From positions 268,685 to 332,684 of the forward strand of contig NMRA01000339.1 of the NCBI GenBank assembly GCA_002633005.1: 64,000 nt of DNA, written 5' to 3'. The notes beneath the pieces are model-generated. The model did no database searches. It worked only from the letters and a program-made list of their open reading frames with translations, and had not been told where the DNA came from. The stretch's first letter is position 1. The number at the start of each line of letters is the position of its first letter. Made by a program: the position numbers and the translations under genes. The DNA is from Phoronis australis (lineage: Eukaryota; Animalia; Phoronida). Shown here one piece after another: positions 1-15,000 of the stretch.

Positions 1-86
1 CCAGGAATATATTTGGGCCGCGGGAAGAACCAGCACACCATCGGACTCTCCGAGATGTGGATGGAAAGGAGAACTATGTGAGGAAC
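1..86 (+). CDS. Guanylyl cyclase exon: juxtamembrane Cys motif ([28 protein letters not shown])
   Basis: Frame 2 gives the W..P.D.P.CG...C motif of receptor GCs; donor gtaggt at 87 (alternative donor at 91). Confidence 0.85.
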
Positions 87-3000
87 GTAGGTGTTCTTGC
101 TGAAACACTTCAACTTTTGTTTTACGACTGCCTACTTTGTCCTGGTATTTTATAGTTTTCAAGAATTAATCAATGAAAATATACTAAATCCTGCTTTGAC
201 GATTTCAATCATTCCTCGTTCTGTCACCTGCTAATGCATCATTTGCGTCAATCCTCCAAGTTAAGGCAGGAATCAACTAAACTGACTCATTCTCCCTGTG
301 CCACAGATTGGATGTTATCATCCTTGGTGAGTGGTCTTTTCCGACGGTTGCCGTGTAGTTCGCTAAAAGCGTAGGTAACGCATTCTCGGTTTGCAGACTT
401 TGTAAGGAGTTTTCCAATATTCATCCCTCCTTTTGAGGGTTACCGAGGGTTACAGAACATTTTGTTTCAGAGAACTGGATGGGAAAGTGGTTTTTAGTAC
501 CGGGTTTGGTATCCTTTTAATTATACCACATGTCAGGGTAATTTTGTTTTGACGGTTTTGATCACGCAAACCATTCTATTTCATACAAGTAAACAGTCTC
601 CATGTTTAATCTTGCACATTTCAGTGAAATTTGACTTTTAACTTTGTCTTATTCCGCAAATTGCACATGGCGAAAAAGAACCTAATGTATTTGAACACAA
701 GGATGAAATTAGATGCCCATCTGGTGTGTGGGCTACACATGTACGTGTACATGAGGGCTTCCCGCAGCCTCCTCGGATAAGGGATGTTGTCGCTATCATG
801 ACAAAACCGTGGTCATTGATCTTTTTATGGAAAGCGCATGTCGTCAACTACACAAACGATTGTGGGATAGTGATTATCCAAAGCAGACACTAGCAGACGT
901 AACACAACGGATTCAGTGTTAAAATCCCTGAATCACTTTATTTTAGTAGTATTTTGGCAACCAAAAGTTCAGTTTATCACAGATACTAGTAAACACTAGC
1001 AGGTAGTATCTATTCAAATAAACCGCCAGTTTACCTAACAAGCCTAACAAATGATCACTTTCGGACACCTACTGTGACTGGGCGACGTTTCCCACAAGTC
1101 TCTCATTATCACACCGATCAAAATCAGAAAGACGTGACGTCTCATGAACTAATGCCTTGCCCTAATCCCAACCCAAACTCTAACCCTAACCCTGATCCTA
1201 ATCCGTACGATCCGTCACTCTAACGTTACCCTAGCCCCATGGAAACTTATGCCCATAATCCCTGTCTGGTTACGTCATTTCCGTTTGCTGTCGGATTCGG
1301 CTTGGCCCGAGAGTGCCTACCCACAAAGCAAAGCTCCGAGATGTGCGCGCAACTATTTTCGCTATCTGTAAAGGTCTGTTGGGAGCTGCATGATCCTCAG
1401 TCATCATGGGAATCCTAGAAGATGAGATAAAACGAATGTATAGAATTCCCAAAATGTAGATAATCATGGAATCTTCATGTCTTATTTTGTAAAAGAATTA
1501 AAAAGTCATGCATGACCCATTGGGTAACTTTGACAAACGATTGTCTCTAAGCACTTGCAATGTGATATACATGTCACTTTTGGTAATCAAAAATTCATTG
1601 AGATGAAAATAATAACTGAACTGACATCTGACGGAAACTGAAAATAGAACATACGAGCGTAGGAATAATGGAATGCTCTGAGTGTGGGATACAAGTCCAG
1701 CTCTATTCCATAATCCAGGAGTTGTCGCGCGTGCGATCGTCTGCTCAATTCGCTGTTAGTTCTTGGCTAGATGTTACGTAACACTCATTTGTACTTGAAT
1801 AATAAGATTAAATTGAACTTGAAAGATCTCAAGATCTCTACAGATCGAATATCTACCACTCATGGCGGTGCTGCTCCGGATAACAGCATTCCTACAATCC
1901 TTTGTATATACGATGTCTCTGTGGCGTGAAAAAGTCATCACCAGTTGTATTCACTGAAATTGGTGTTTGTTAAACAATTCCCCTGTCTTCATCTACCGAA
2001 AATTTTGCTTTTAGAGAAGTCCAACGACTTACTAGAATTGATAGTTTCCCTAGTCTCAGTAATGGCTGTACTGATTGCCATAGGAGCAGCAGTAATCTGG
2101 GCTATTTACAGGTAAGAAAAGGACTTTCACTTTTCTCCTTTAGTGAAAAAGCTATTGTACTCTCCGTCAGGGTGACCAACTTCCCTGTCTTCAGTGTTTG
2201 TGGCCGCATGCGACCATTTTTCGTGTTTGAGTTAGCTCTGTTACCGCTAACGCCGTGACACTACCGTGCAGTAACCGTGTCATGTGGCTGTACAACAACA
2301 CAAATGGTCATTGTACGGTCACGTGGCCCTAAAATAATACTCTCCATGTGCCGAAAACAGACCGGCTTTCGTTTTGGCTAGTTTCGGTTGCAGTTCCACG
2401 AGGTCGAAGGTTAGTAGAAGATATTGGCTTACTCGAAACAGTAAGCTCGGTTAATAACACCACCCATCTAAAACGTGTTTAGTTTTAAAATGTAGTACTT
2501 CATATTATTTCAGATGGAAGTGGTCGAGTACATTGCACACCTGTAACGCGTCTCTACCGGCTCCATTGGTGTTTTTACAATTCTCTTAGTACGAAATGCG
2601 GTGTAGTCCAGGGTGTAAATGTGAATTGCTCGACACTGGCCACAATCTTGGCATTTTTGAAGAAGCTAAACCTGTCGCTTTGTTTTTATTATGGTAGATC
2701 AATCATTTTTTCATAAATTAGTCATGTCATACATTTCTCACTGTCTTTACTATATCCGCAGGCGATTGAAATGGCAAAAGGACGTAGCTGAAATGAATTG
2801 GCGAATTAATTACGACGATATTGTGTTCAGCAAACACGCCACTTCGGCATTTTCAAGGGTGAGACATTTGTTTACTTTATTAGCATTTATCCAGTTTTAA
2901 TTTGAATTGAATTAAATGTATTTGACATATGAATATTTAGCTGTAATTTTTATAGCATTTCTCTATATACTTTTGACGTTGTTATACTGATCTGCAGGTA

Positions 3001-6000
3001 TTTGTGCGACCTGGTGTCTTTTTGTTAAAAGTTAACAAAAAGAAAGGTACATTCATTGCAACGGTATCAAGAACAAGACCAGATTTTATTTGATGTCATT
3101 GCTTAAGATGAAATCTCAAGGTATACTCGATTGATACTGTCGAGTCGACCAGAGACTGGACTAAATTTCACAATCTGTTTATAGTATTCCACAGCGTGGA
3201 CATACATGTAATTGTCAACGGTTTCTTTTTTTCTTTTGTTTTCTTTCTCAGTTCTGTTTTTGTATCCTTTGTCGATGTTTTTTCGTGAACACATCAGCTA
3301 TTGGTTCCATTCTTTAGCTTTCTGTCGGCACCAATTGTAGCAGTATTGGTCCACTTGGAAAACGTCGACTCATCCACGGCACACTGCATGGTGTCCCAGT
3401 GTTTATTAAAAAAATGGATGCCTCAAAGTCAGCTAACTGCATTTGGATGGTGTTAAAAGAAGAACTAAAGCAGGTACAGTACGGTAGACATAGCCTACAT
3501 CTACATGTATTTAGCAGGATGCTTTCTACGTCACTGACGTTGCAAGTAAACCCACGCCTTTCATCAAAAACGTTTGATTTAGGTCACGCACAGTATAAAG
3601 TTGGTGTCATTTTGTTACTTTAGAAATAGTTTCTAGGCTTGAGAAGACAGGTAGTTATTGTTTATTGTCATGGCTGGTTTGTTTCGATCGCCATAGTGAA
3701 ATGTCTGTTGGGTCAGGGAAATTTGAAGCGGTTTGTTACTGATTTTAATTCAAGCGTAAAATAAAAACGCTCTGTCGTTACTTAATTGCAGCTTAGCAAA
3801 AATGTCCGTTAAAACGTTACTGTTTTTAATACCACGGTACCATTTGTAGAGGGTTTAAAAAACAATAGAAAGCCGTTTCTAAAACTGCTCTGATGTATAG
3901 ATAAGAAGGGTTTGTGAAAGAACTTTTAATTCGTTATAGTTCCAGGCCACGCTCAGCGCAGAATATAAGATGGCGTGACTCGAACTTGTGGTATTGAGCT
4001 TGGTCTGCCATGTACCGCAATAAAAGTTGACATGAGCTCGGAGTGGACGACTGACAAAATAATGCTCTTTTTCTGTTTATCATAGTTTGGACCCATTCAT
4101 TAATAACCACTAACTGAAGCCCCCTCTGACTGAGGCCGAGTCTGGAGCACGTCTGAATCCCAGCGGCTTCTACATGTATGGGATGTTTTATGGCAGTTAG
4201 CGATAACTTTGTACTTGTGATACTTTTCGTTATAGCTATATGACTTGAATCATGACAACCTTGTGAGATTTGTTGGCGCTTGCTTTGATCATCCTCGGTC
4301 CTGTGTGGTTCTGCAATACTGCAGCAAAGGTAGCTTGGAGGTAGGCTTAGGCTTGGTCACTGAAGTCTATAAACTGCTCGTCCACTTGTTGCTCCAAAGG
4401 TTCAATAACGTGCCAGGACTCTACGTTCCAGGTCTGTTGATATCCGCAAACAATATTAATGCACGAATCGGCGAATATTTTTAAAACTTAAACTTACAGT
4501 GTAAGTGTGTTACTTGCAATTGTTTTCATAGTAGTAATTTTTGTGACTTAGTTTGCCGGGGTCAAATGTTCTGTTGTTTCCATTCAATGGAAGTTTAAAA
4601 AGAACTTGGCCTCATGATATATCGCACTTATTTAACTTCTGCACACTTTTTGATTTTTTGCCATAACAAAAATATGTACACACAAACATTATTGTCGTAC
4701 AAAGTAGACAAATTTGCAAAATATTTTCATTAACATAGCAAAAATCATACTAATTTCAATTTTCAAAACAAATGTATAGTTTTATCTTTTATTCAGAAAT
4801 GCTTTTGTTATCCATAGCGGTATTTCCCCGCATTGCCTACATTATCATCAACTAAAGTTTCCAAGTGATGTTATTTCCTCTGCTCCAGTATTCTCAGGTA
4901 GGCTATCCTTGTTTCCCCATGTCCAATGCTCCCAATCCCCACGTTCCTCCGACTCAATGATTCCTGTGGTCCGATGTTCGACCTATCCAATATCTCCACG
5001 ACTCGATGATTTCTGGTTCCCTTACAATTTACATGTAGGTGTCATTCCAAGTTGTCGTTAACCCAGAGGTGAGGCTCATTCAGAAACTTGATTAAAATTT
5101 TGTATTTTTAATTTGAAAAAAATAAAAATGTTTTTGCTTCCCCCTATCGGGTGGGTGAGGCAGCACATGGGCGGCGCAGCACTGAAATAAATAGGGGAGG
5201 CTATAGCCCACCTCCCCATCCCCCTATGGTGCGCCGCCCATGTAATTGCAACATATGAAGTAATTACTTCTCTCATTTTCATGTTTTTTCTACTTCTAGG
5301 ACGCGTTGTCTAATGATGATATCAATTTGGATAGGCTGTTTAAATTTTCTTTGATGCAAGATATCCTCAAGGTAACGTTCTTAAACGCAGTATGTTTATG
5401 ATAGCAACACTTAACCATCTCTCGACTTATTCTGAAACTCACTATCAACTTTTCAGTAATTTATCTGTTAATCTTTTGTGCTCTTCACATAATTACGCTT
5501 TTGAACTTATGCGGATTAATTATAATTAGAAGCGTTCGTGTTCTATCGTGCAGGGACTCTTGTTTTTGAGAACTACCTTTGTGAAATATCACGGCAACCT
5601 TAAAACAGCCAATTGTCTTTTGGGAAGTCGCTTTGAGGTACGGCTGTCTGATTTCGCGCTGGAGACTATACGAACAGAGAAAATAATGGCCAAAGGTAAG
5701 TATCAGCATGTGTTAAGAGTCTTCTGTCTCACTTAATATTTCACTTGTAATCACGAGTTGTACCCAATGGGTATTTGTGCTGGCGTGTTTCGAAGTACAT
5801 ATTTAAAAGTCCAGTCAAAGGAATTATGCCACAGACACCAGCAGCAGCGCAAAAATTGTAAATCAGTAGTGTGTCGATGAGAATACTCACAATGACTGCT
5901 TTGTGGATATTATTTTTTTTTGAAAAATGAAATTAGTTCCATATCGTATAAAACTGCATCTTTATTTTTGACTGCTATCCTTAAAGGTATCTACCGATGT

Positions 6001-9000
6001 TGAGTATCCGAACAGTACTGATTTCGGAAGCTCTTACATGTACATGTACATGGAAACAAACCTTCCTTGATCTGTACCACTTCCTACAAGCAACGCATTA
6101 GCTCTTGCCAACTCAAAAAGACACATTGAAAGCTAAATGTTTGTTTGGCGGTCCTGTTATCTCAGAAATCAACTTATGGGCGATGCTGAACATGTTAACA
6201 AGTGCGTTTGTGCGTCATGTTTGTTTTGTTAAGCCAATTCTGCGATTGACCAAAATTAATAACCTTTTGACTTGTTCCGTATTTGCCTATAAAGGTCACC
6301 ATAATGTGAATGCAGAAACTACGCGATATAGATTCGAAGTTGAACGTTTGTTACGAAAGCTAAATGCAGTTTACAATTGTTAAGTTTAAAATTGAGCAAG
6401 CGTGTTTTTACAAAAGTTGCGTGATGTGGTCGAAAGCATTACACACATCAAATTTTTTCGGTAAAACGATTGTTTTTACGGTTCATGTGAGAAAACAAAT
6501 CCTACATTCGACTCAGGTTAATGACATGGACAAATCCTCTTGGAAATTTCATTTTGCCCATGCCATAAACCCGAGAGTCGTGTAGGATTCTCTATTTCTC
6601 TCGAGGATCTTAAATCTCTTCCATCAGTTTGCTGTCTGCCTAAGGAAATGAAACAATAAAAATGGACATTTTGTTTGTTTCCAAGCAACAGCCGATGGAA
6701 AGGACTTACCATCTTGTAACTTACAGGCCTTGACTGCGGGCAGTCTGCAGCTGTATCTTGTAAACGTCATTAAGGGGCTTCATTATTTTTAGCAAATATG
6801 AAATTCTATGGCTATGAAATCAGTCAACGTCAAGGTTTAGATTTCCCTAGTGCAGCTTCCCTGCTGGCAGTGTCTGTGATCAGAATTCTTTGGTGAAATT
6901 TGGCCAGAAAGTTTGTTTCTAAGAAATAATGGCACATACTGTACATGTTTTCGAATGATTTTTATCTGTGCTGCCCCACCAATGACAGCTTTGATTTAGT
7001 ATTTTGGAGACCGTTCTTACATGCTTGCTGCTAATGTGCCCTGGCAATGTATGCCGTATTACCTGACAATCGTCAGTTCAATCTGAATCTTGTCATTTCT
7101 AAAGAATGTTAATCGCTTGACTGATTCCACCCAAGACTGATTTGGTCACATCTTGTCACGCTCCGATAAGAAATTACAATTGCGTCTGGTAAAAATGATT
7201 GACACACGTGTTTCAAACTTTTAAGGTAATTGAAGATTGCATCTAGCACGTTAAATCTGAGTTTGACAAGCATGATAATAAAAATTATAAAGCTGTAATG
7301 ATGAAGGATTAGCGTAAGCTTCACACTTCATAATCTAAAGGTAGGATATTTCAATTAAGATTCTTCGCATTCTTTTGCTTTGATATAACTTGAAGTAAAA
7401 AGTAAAGTTACAAAGCATTAATCGAAGGCGCAATTTATATATAAGATTTAGAAAAGTACATGTGCGTGTCCTAATGCGACACGTAATCATGCCTCAAAGA
7501 AAAGTTGAGTTTCAAACAAAAAACGGATTTCGAAACAATTTCGACAAATTTGTGGCGCAGTGCGAGGTAAATTGAATGGTCTTCTCCTATTGAAATAACA
7601 AGAGTATTCTTAGGCGGATGCAGGTGGGGTTAAGGTGTTCCGGACCCTCCCTTTTTACCCTTGATTTTAGTGTTATCAAATCTAGAATTTTCAAATAGTT
7701 GACTTGGACCCCCTTTTTACTAAAAAAATCCTTGATCTGGCCCCCCCCTTTTAAAAATCCTGGATCCGTTTCTGGTACTCATTATTGTCTTAGCACCAAC
7801 ACCAGGAAATTGTGCAAAGCTGTTTTTGTGACGCAGTGTGTTTACAATACATACGAGTTAAATCTTCACTATGACAAAGTAGCCGCTGGGAGGAAGTCGC
7901 CACGATGTCGGTTCCGCCGGAAATACGACCAACGTGAATTGTGAGCACTTAATCCTCTCAATAAGTAATATCCGAGTAAATAAGCTCTGGTGAAAACTCT
8001 TAAAGTGTACTGAATGGCTCGTAAAAATATGTCTGGCACTAAAGTGTGTTGTTCAATTTCGAACTCGTAACTTATGCCGCTGTCGTCCAAGATGGCCGTC
8101 CCGATCAAACGGTGAGTAAAATTTTAACACAATAACGGTAATAACTTTTGAACGCACCCTGGGATTTTGATATTTTTTTCTCATTTTTGTATTGCAGAAA
8201 ACGATATCTCTCCTGTGATTAGACTTTTATCTTCAAAGCGGTTCGCCCTGTTCATGCAGGCAAAGTATGGAATCTTTATTTCAGAAGAATTGTTCACTAC
8301 AGTATGAGAACCAAGTAGCCTTTAAATTGTCCACAGATCAGCAAATTTAAACAATCGCATGCATTTTTCCAGTCAGCCTTAAAATTGTCTCTATGGACGT
8401 TAAGCACTTTGGGTACTGGCAACACTTGAGTCTGTGTAACATCTGACTCACGCTCAGTATGAACGTTCAATAGGTGAAATGTTGTGTGTGTCAGACAGCA
8501 TTATGGTCTTCAAATTATTTTTCCTCATTAAACATTTCTGTTTGAAAACATTTAACATGTAATGAACTTGTAAAAACATTCGTTAAAAAGTGTTGAATGC
8601 GTAGTATTGGGACATTTTAAAATAAAAAATAACAAAGCTTATTCGAGAGAGTCCTTAAATTTATACACACATCCAAGATCTGTCCACAAACATATCTTCC
8701 AATGTCCACAACCTCACAATCTGGCCTGTAGAAGCACTGACTGAAACCCGCTTTCAACACTGCAAAAGTGCCTCCATACAACTGTATCTATCTCCCTTAT
8801 TACGTGGTGGATGCAGCTAAACTATCAGTACCAGTTTTGTTTGGGAGCACCATGCATTGTATATATGACAAGTTAATAATTTCATTACGCGTTTTTCTCA
8901 TTATAAAAACGTGTCTGCGAACTTTTGAAGGCCTACAGGTAAAAATTATAAGGTCATAAAGTGCAAAATCGGTGATTTTGTCACACCCTCACCACATTCA

Positions 9001-12000
9001 CAGAGTTTAAACTGAATCCGAAATATGACCCCTTGAATGATTTTTTGATTTCTTTTGATTTTCTCGTGAAATGGCCCTTAGCAGTTTCTTGATGAAACAT
9101 GAAAGGTTAGTAATTATATGTAATTTAACTGTGGCGGTTTTATGCCGTTTTTCTACAGGTAGTAACTAAACGCGACATTTACGATCTTCTCCAATTAAGG
9201 CCATTCCAATAAATCACTGGCGTCATTATATTAAATTAGTGGTGTCAGTTGCAATTAAAAGAGAGGAATCGACATATGGAAATAATTATGCAATCTATCC
9301 ATTGATTAAGCGTGATATGAAAAATAATTTGAAGGCAATGGTAATCAACCAATCAGAAAGTTACGTTGGTTATCCAATCATTTTGAGTTGCATGGAACAA
9401 GAACTAATTATTTTGATCTACTTGTCGAGAATAATTAAACTGAACTCTATTTCGCGTTTTGAACAAATAATTTTTCTGTATAATTGATTCGACTGCGTAT
9501 CTTGCTTTGACCAGTAGCAACATTGGCAGTATCACTAAACCTCCATTTGTAGCACTGTAGATCATGCCACTGTAAATTCACTATCCTGAAAAGGAGAAAA
9601 TAGTAGAAATGCGACTTTTTAGTGAAAAGTTTCTTAGATCCACGAACATGGGAGTGACGTATGAACTCACCCAGCGCTAGTGATACATTTCCACCATTAC
9701 GTGATTTTGTGTACAATTTTGTGCCATATCAGCTCATAGGGAGTTGAGACGACCAGTCCTCGTCATTATTTATTATACATATACCATAAAGCACGGGAAA
9801 ACGAGCAGCAATATCTGACGACTTTTCACATTTAACACAACGAAGAATGAATAATGCTGCGATTAGTTATCCCGATTTTGCGTAGTATATATTGACCAAT
9901 AAACGTTACTAGAATTTTTATATGCTGTGACGGCTTTAAAGTCCTTGTTACAAACTGCCCATGTGGTTCTAGTATCCGAAAATACTTACTACATAAATTC
10001 TTATTTTCGACACCCTTTCTTTATATTCTTTTCGCCTTTCTTGCCAAAAGCGATTTTTTAACAGTATTTGACCCTTCTCTCTGAGCGTATGATTACCGGT
10101 TGTCATCGGTTATTTCCGTACCCACATTTCCGGCTCATCAGTTCAGGAACTTGTCCTGAACGCCGCCATTTTTTCCTTGTAACTGAATGTGCTACGGCTT
10201 GCTCGAAAAGTCTTCATTATTTTGTTTTATTAGTAATATATCGTGATTCGTTTGCATATGTAGTGTATTTATAGTTTGTAGTTAGTGGTCGTTGATTTTT
10301 TTGGAATGTTACGCGTACTTAGTATGTTAAAATAGCATTGGTGTTTAGTTCCTTACGTAGGCCGGTCGAACCTAGAAACCAATATGGGTCGAACCAATTT
10401 TTTTTTTTCGGTTTTATTTTTTCCTCGTTTTGAAAAAGTACTTTGCTATCATCGGAAAGGTAGTACATTCTACTCAGTAAAAATCGAAAAAGTATCAAAA
10501 TCGGGGCAAGCACTGTAAAGTTATTGCAAGTTTTGTGGCGAAATTTGGGTCACTTTGTTTGGATCGCGTCGGCCATATTGGAGGACAGCGGGATGAGTTA
10601 CGAGTTTAAAACTTTGTGTAAATTGTTTTCGCCAACAAATTACGGTGAAATTTAGTTAGACATATCTTTACTTACTATTCTGCACGATTTAGCAGTGTTC
10701 ACCAAATTTCAGCCTCGCAGTTGTTACTCATTAAGTGATAAATGTGCTCACAATTCCCGTTGGACTTCGTCTCATTTCTGGCGGCACCTACAATGTCGAC
10801 TTTTGCTGAACTGAAAGGCATGTTCAATCGGCTACTTTGTAATTTGTGAAGATTTAACGTTGATACATTTTGACAAACGTTGCTACAAAAAAGAAACTTT
10901 GTTCAATTTTCGTGTTTTTTGTGTTTGTGGCCAGCGACCAGTTAGGCCTAAGGGTAGTCTTGGCGCAAAGCTGTATAGGCCTACTAACAAGCTGTATTTT
11001 GACTATAGTCTTCACTGGTAGCTGGTGACTGAGGCTAACTAAGGTCTGCCGCGGCAGTGTGACACAGGACTAACCAGCCCGTAATTTCATGCAAGTGTCT
11101 GAAACTACCCTTGAATATATGCAGCATTTATCATTTGACCATTTTACTTCGACAAAACAGCTTGCAACCGCATGCATTTACCGTTCGCCAGTGTCTGGTC
11201 TCGATCCGCACCGGGTCCGATAGGCTGCGGTCCCGAGTCTGGCAAAATAATTTCTGTCAAAATTTATTCGCCACATTTCTTCAGCAAATTCCATAAAATT
11301 GTCCGTAGTTTGATTTTATCAAAATTAAGGCGCGCTGTCGATTTTTTTATCCCCGTTTGCTGGCTGGTAACAGTACAGGCACTGCTCCAGTCGCACTGAC
11401 GGCGTTTTCTCGGCCTGGGCTCCTGAATGAATTGTACTTCCGGGTTCGCGGCAAGTTCAAAATGGCGGTGTTTCTTCGGGTGCGAATCGTGAGTGGCGCG
11501 TTCATTTAAACTGTTTTCGAGTACGGATCGTGTATTAGTTATGGGGTAGGTACTTCTTGGATCCTTATAACATCTTCTAACCATGTAATAAGGGTTAACA
11601 ACGCGTGAGAGAAGGACTTTAAACGATAGATAAGGTACCCAGTGCTGTAGTGTTAACATAAGAGGTAAGTAGGCGCATAAAGGCATAAAGCCCACCGTAT
11701 CACCCTGAATACTGAACGTAACTTACGGTATGTAGCCGCTACGTTCAAATGCCAAAAGGCGGTTGGCTGCGCCTACATGTACGTGCGCCTACGCCCCACT
11801 ACAGCAGTGAAGGCTCCCTTCACTGGAAATTTTTCTTCAACTAACGACTTCTGTTGTGGTTAGTTACGCTTTACGATTGTGGAGACTTTCCAGGAACACT
11901 GACAATAGCTATATTTCGAGAAAACGTCGACGTCATGAACTACATGTACGCCTTATCGCTTGATGTCAATAGAGTTCGTGGGTAGACAGCTGCAGCCGCG

Positions 12001-15000
12001 TGCACTCTTGTTGGACCCGCACTTTCGTAAAATATGACACATGCGCGCACCCAGCCTAAAATATAAGGGGGCTCGAATTTTTAATAATGCGGACCTTTTA
12101 CTACCAAAAACGGGGACTACAAAGAAAACAGGGTACCGCATTCAGAACTGTGATTTCGCGCCTTTTTAGTGGACTTTTGTCTCGTTTTTCGGACTTTTTG
12201 TTTCTCCGAGGCCTTACTTTTTGCCCACTTCGCCAGATGCGGGCCTTCTCTCAGCCCCTCCCCCCAGGTGCGTGCATGTGACATCCCTGCCCTTTTTATG
12301 CTTTCAGCCACTCGCATTGCCACTCATTATGGGATATTCAAGCTATTCACACATATATTGTGTCAAGCTAAAGAAATTTTGTGCCTTCATAACGTTTCGG
12401 TGTCACTAGAGTATTAGACAGCACAGTGCAATAAAATTGATATCGATGTTATACTTATGTTAGAGATAAATTCCTTGCTCGGTAAGATCAAAACGTCATC
12501 CGATCTGACTAGGTCGGCGACTACCACTACCTACATGTACATGTACATGTACAACCACCACTGATAACCACCATCACCGCTGCCCTTAATAACTGTACAT
12601 GCACCCTCACGACCACTAAAACTTGACCGACACCTCCATTACTACCACCCATCTGATCACTGTGCATGTATCCCACATGCATATTGGCAGTCACTATAAC
12701 CTGACCGCCAGCACGATTACCGCCACCAGCACCATCTAAACTCTGTGCTATGGTTATCACTTGCGCCAAAAGTACTAGTGCTACTGTTACCATTACTTTC
12801 AATACTACTGCAGTTTTATTATTGTTAACGTCGTTGGTGTAGTTCTGACTACACGTACCAGTATGCGTTGCACTGCCAACGACAGCCAGGGTAATGCTTA
12901 TAACATTTTGATCGTCCAAAGCTCTTCATCTGCTGTGTACGTTAAGGAAGCAGCTGACGTACTGCACGTGTAGCATTGGGATTATCGTACTGTTAACCAT
13001 CATTGTAGTTCTTACTACATGTATGCGTTACACTGCCAACGACAGCGTTAGTCCAGTGTAGAACTTCATATTTAGATCGTCTATGGAAGGCCCCTGAATG
13101 CTTAAGGTCGCCGTCTGCTGTGTACGACAAGGAGGCAGCTGACGTATATAGCTTTGGGATTATCATGCAGGAGATTGTCATGAGGATGGGGCCGTTTTAC
13201 ACGAATCAGGATCTCTCCCCGGAAGGTAATTCGCGATAATCCAAAAATATACAAAGCTAACTGGCATTCCGCGATACATAATTACAAATGTAAAGCGCCT
13301 TGTTTCTATTTGCCCGTATACTGTTTTGGTTCATTGCAAGTTTTATCTGCAGATGCGTTTTGAGAATGCCAATGAGTTTAAATTATACTCATATTAACGT
13401 GCTCGGTCAAAACAGATTGAACGTTTTAAAGGCCAACATCTTGATGCATGACAAGAGTTTCAAATTGGGACATTTGTATCCACACGTTTCGCTGTTTTAG
13501 AAATAATAACTCGGGTAAAGGGTGGAAACCATCCTTTGCTGAGACCGCTTCTGACCGAGCGTGACTTTTCGGGAAGTATGGTGTCCATCATAAAAGAATG
13601 CTGGGACGAGATTCCGTCATGCAGGCCGACTCTTGGTTTCATTCACGAGGTGTTCAGTGCCGTCGCTCCGTCGCTGGGAATGTAAGTGGATTGCCTTTTC
13701 AGTGTACAGAATTTTAGGCACTGGATTCAGTTACTCTTTTTGCCGACCGATTGTCAGACCTGTTACTAAAACATGCATTTCGCTTTTTCCTATAATCCTT
13801 TTTTCAATTTCACATGTACTGACAACATAATAATTGTAAAGCTGCTGTAAACTGATGTATGTAGATCGATAGTCCGAAGAACCATCGCTCCAAAAGGCCG
13901 GTAGTCCGAAGAAAAGTTTTTGGACTAATAGCCCATCGGACTAAAAAGCACACGGTTTATCGTTGGGATTTGGATTGGTATTCTACCACTTAATGCTATA
14001 TATTACGAAGGGCTGATAATTCAGTTGGTATTTTGTTTGAAAGGTCCATGCTCCGAACTACATCTTTATTCTTTCAATTTTTGAGATTCGCCCCAGGGCG
14101 ATAGTCTGAATGGTTATTGGCTTGTACAAAAGGGCCTATTGTCCGGTAAGTCTGGAAAATTATGCCAAGGCGATCAAATTCCATTAAAGGAGAATGCCAC
14201 CCAAAAAATAACCTAGTTTATACCATTTTATATCTAGTAGTTCCACTCGATAACAGTAACTACAGTTCTTTTACCTGACACCTGACGGCAGACGGAAGTG
14301 TTGAAATTAGCCAATGACGTCAGAGGTTTGAATGCAGTCTGTTCAGCCGGCAGTTCACAACACGCTTACTGGTGTCAGCTAATCGCTTGAACTAATCGTT
14401 TTACACCAACATATCACCAAAATTCGATGTAAAACCCTTACAAATACCTCGAGTTATTGAACAAACGTGTTATTTTCTTTCGCTCTTACGAATTCGTACC
14501 GTAGCCTACAAAATGCGGTAGGCCAGAGGACCAAGGTCGGTCGCGGGAGTTTGGGGTATGCTCTGTGATAAATTCAAGTTATTCATCTGTGAAATACAGA
14601 CAAGAGAACATAACTGTGTGTTGAATTTTTAGATTTGCGATGTTTTTCAGTTCTAAACACACAGAACGCTTGCTATCCCGGCCAGTGGCTCGGAACCCGA
14701 TCAGGCCGGCACTGTCAGACTCAAGACATCACGAACATAAAGTTGAACTAAAGTTGGAAACTAAACTTCCACAGTCACGAAAAGACTATACTAGTGAGCC
14801 CAAGAAAAAATGTGCACGTGATTATTTTGGTGAATTAGTCGCGGAACAGCAAATCTACTTAGCCTACTAGTTGGTCGGGGGCCGCGAAGTTAGGTTACCT
14901 TTCCACAGAACCGTCTGGGCAAAAGTTGTACAGAAACAAAAAATAGAATAATGTATATGACTATCTAAATAAAGATTCCCCTAACATCTGACCATAGGAT

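Noticed and set aside
1158-1240. Telomere or interstitial telomeric repeat
   Set aside because: Only about two exact CCCTAA units within a degenerate intronic tract.
5554-5695. Loss of the kinase HRD Asp as a novelty
   Set aside because: HGNLK is the normal state of the receptor-GC kinase-homology domain.
12527-12919. 130-aa Val/Gly-rich minus-strand ORF
   Set aside because: Arises from the low-complexity CAC/TAC tract and the pseudo-exon; no splice or domain support.
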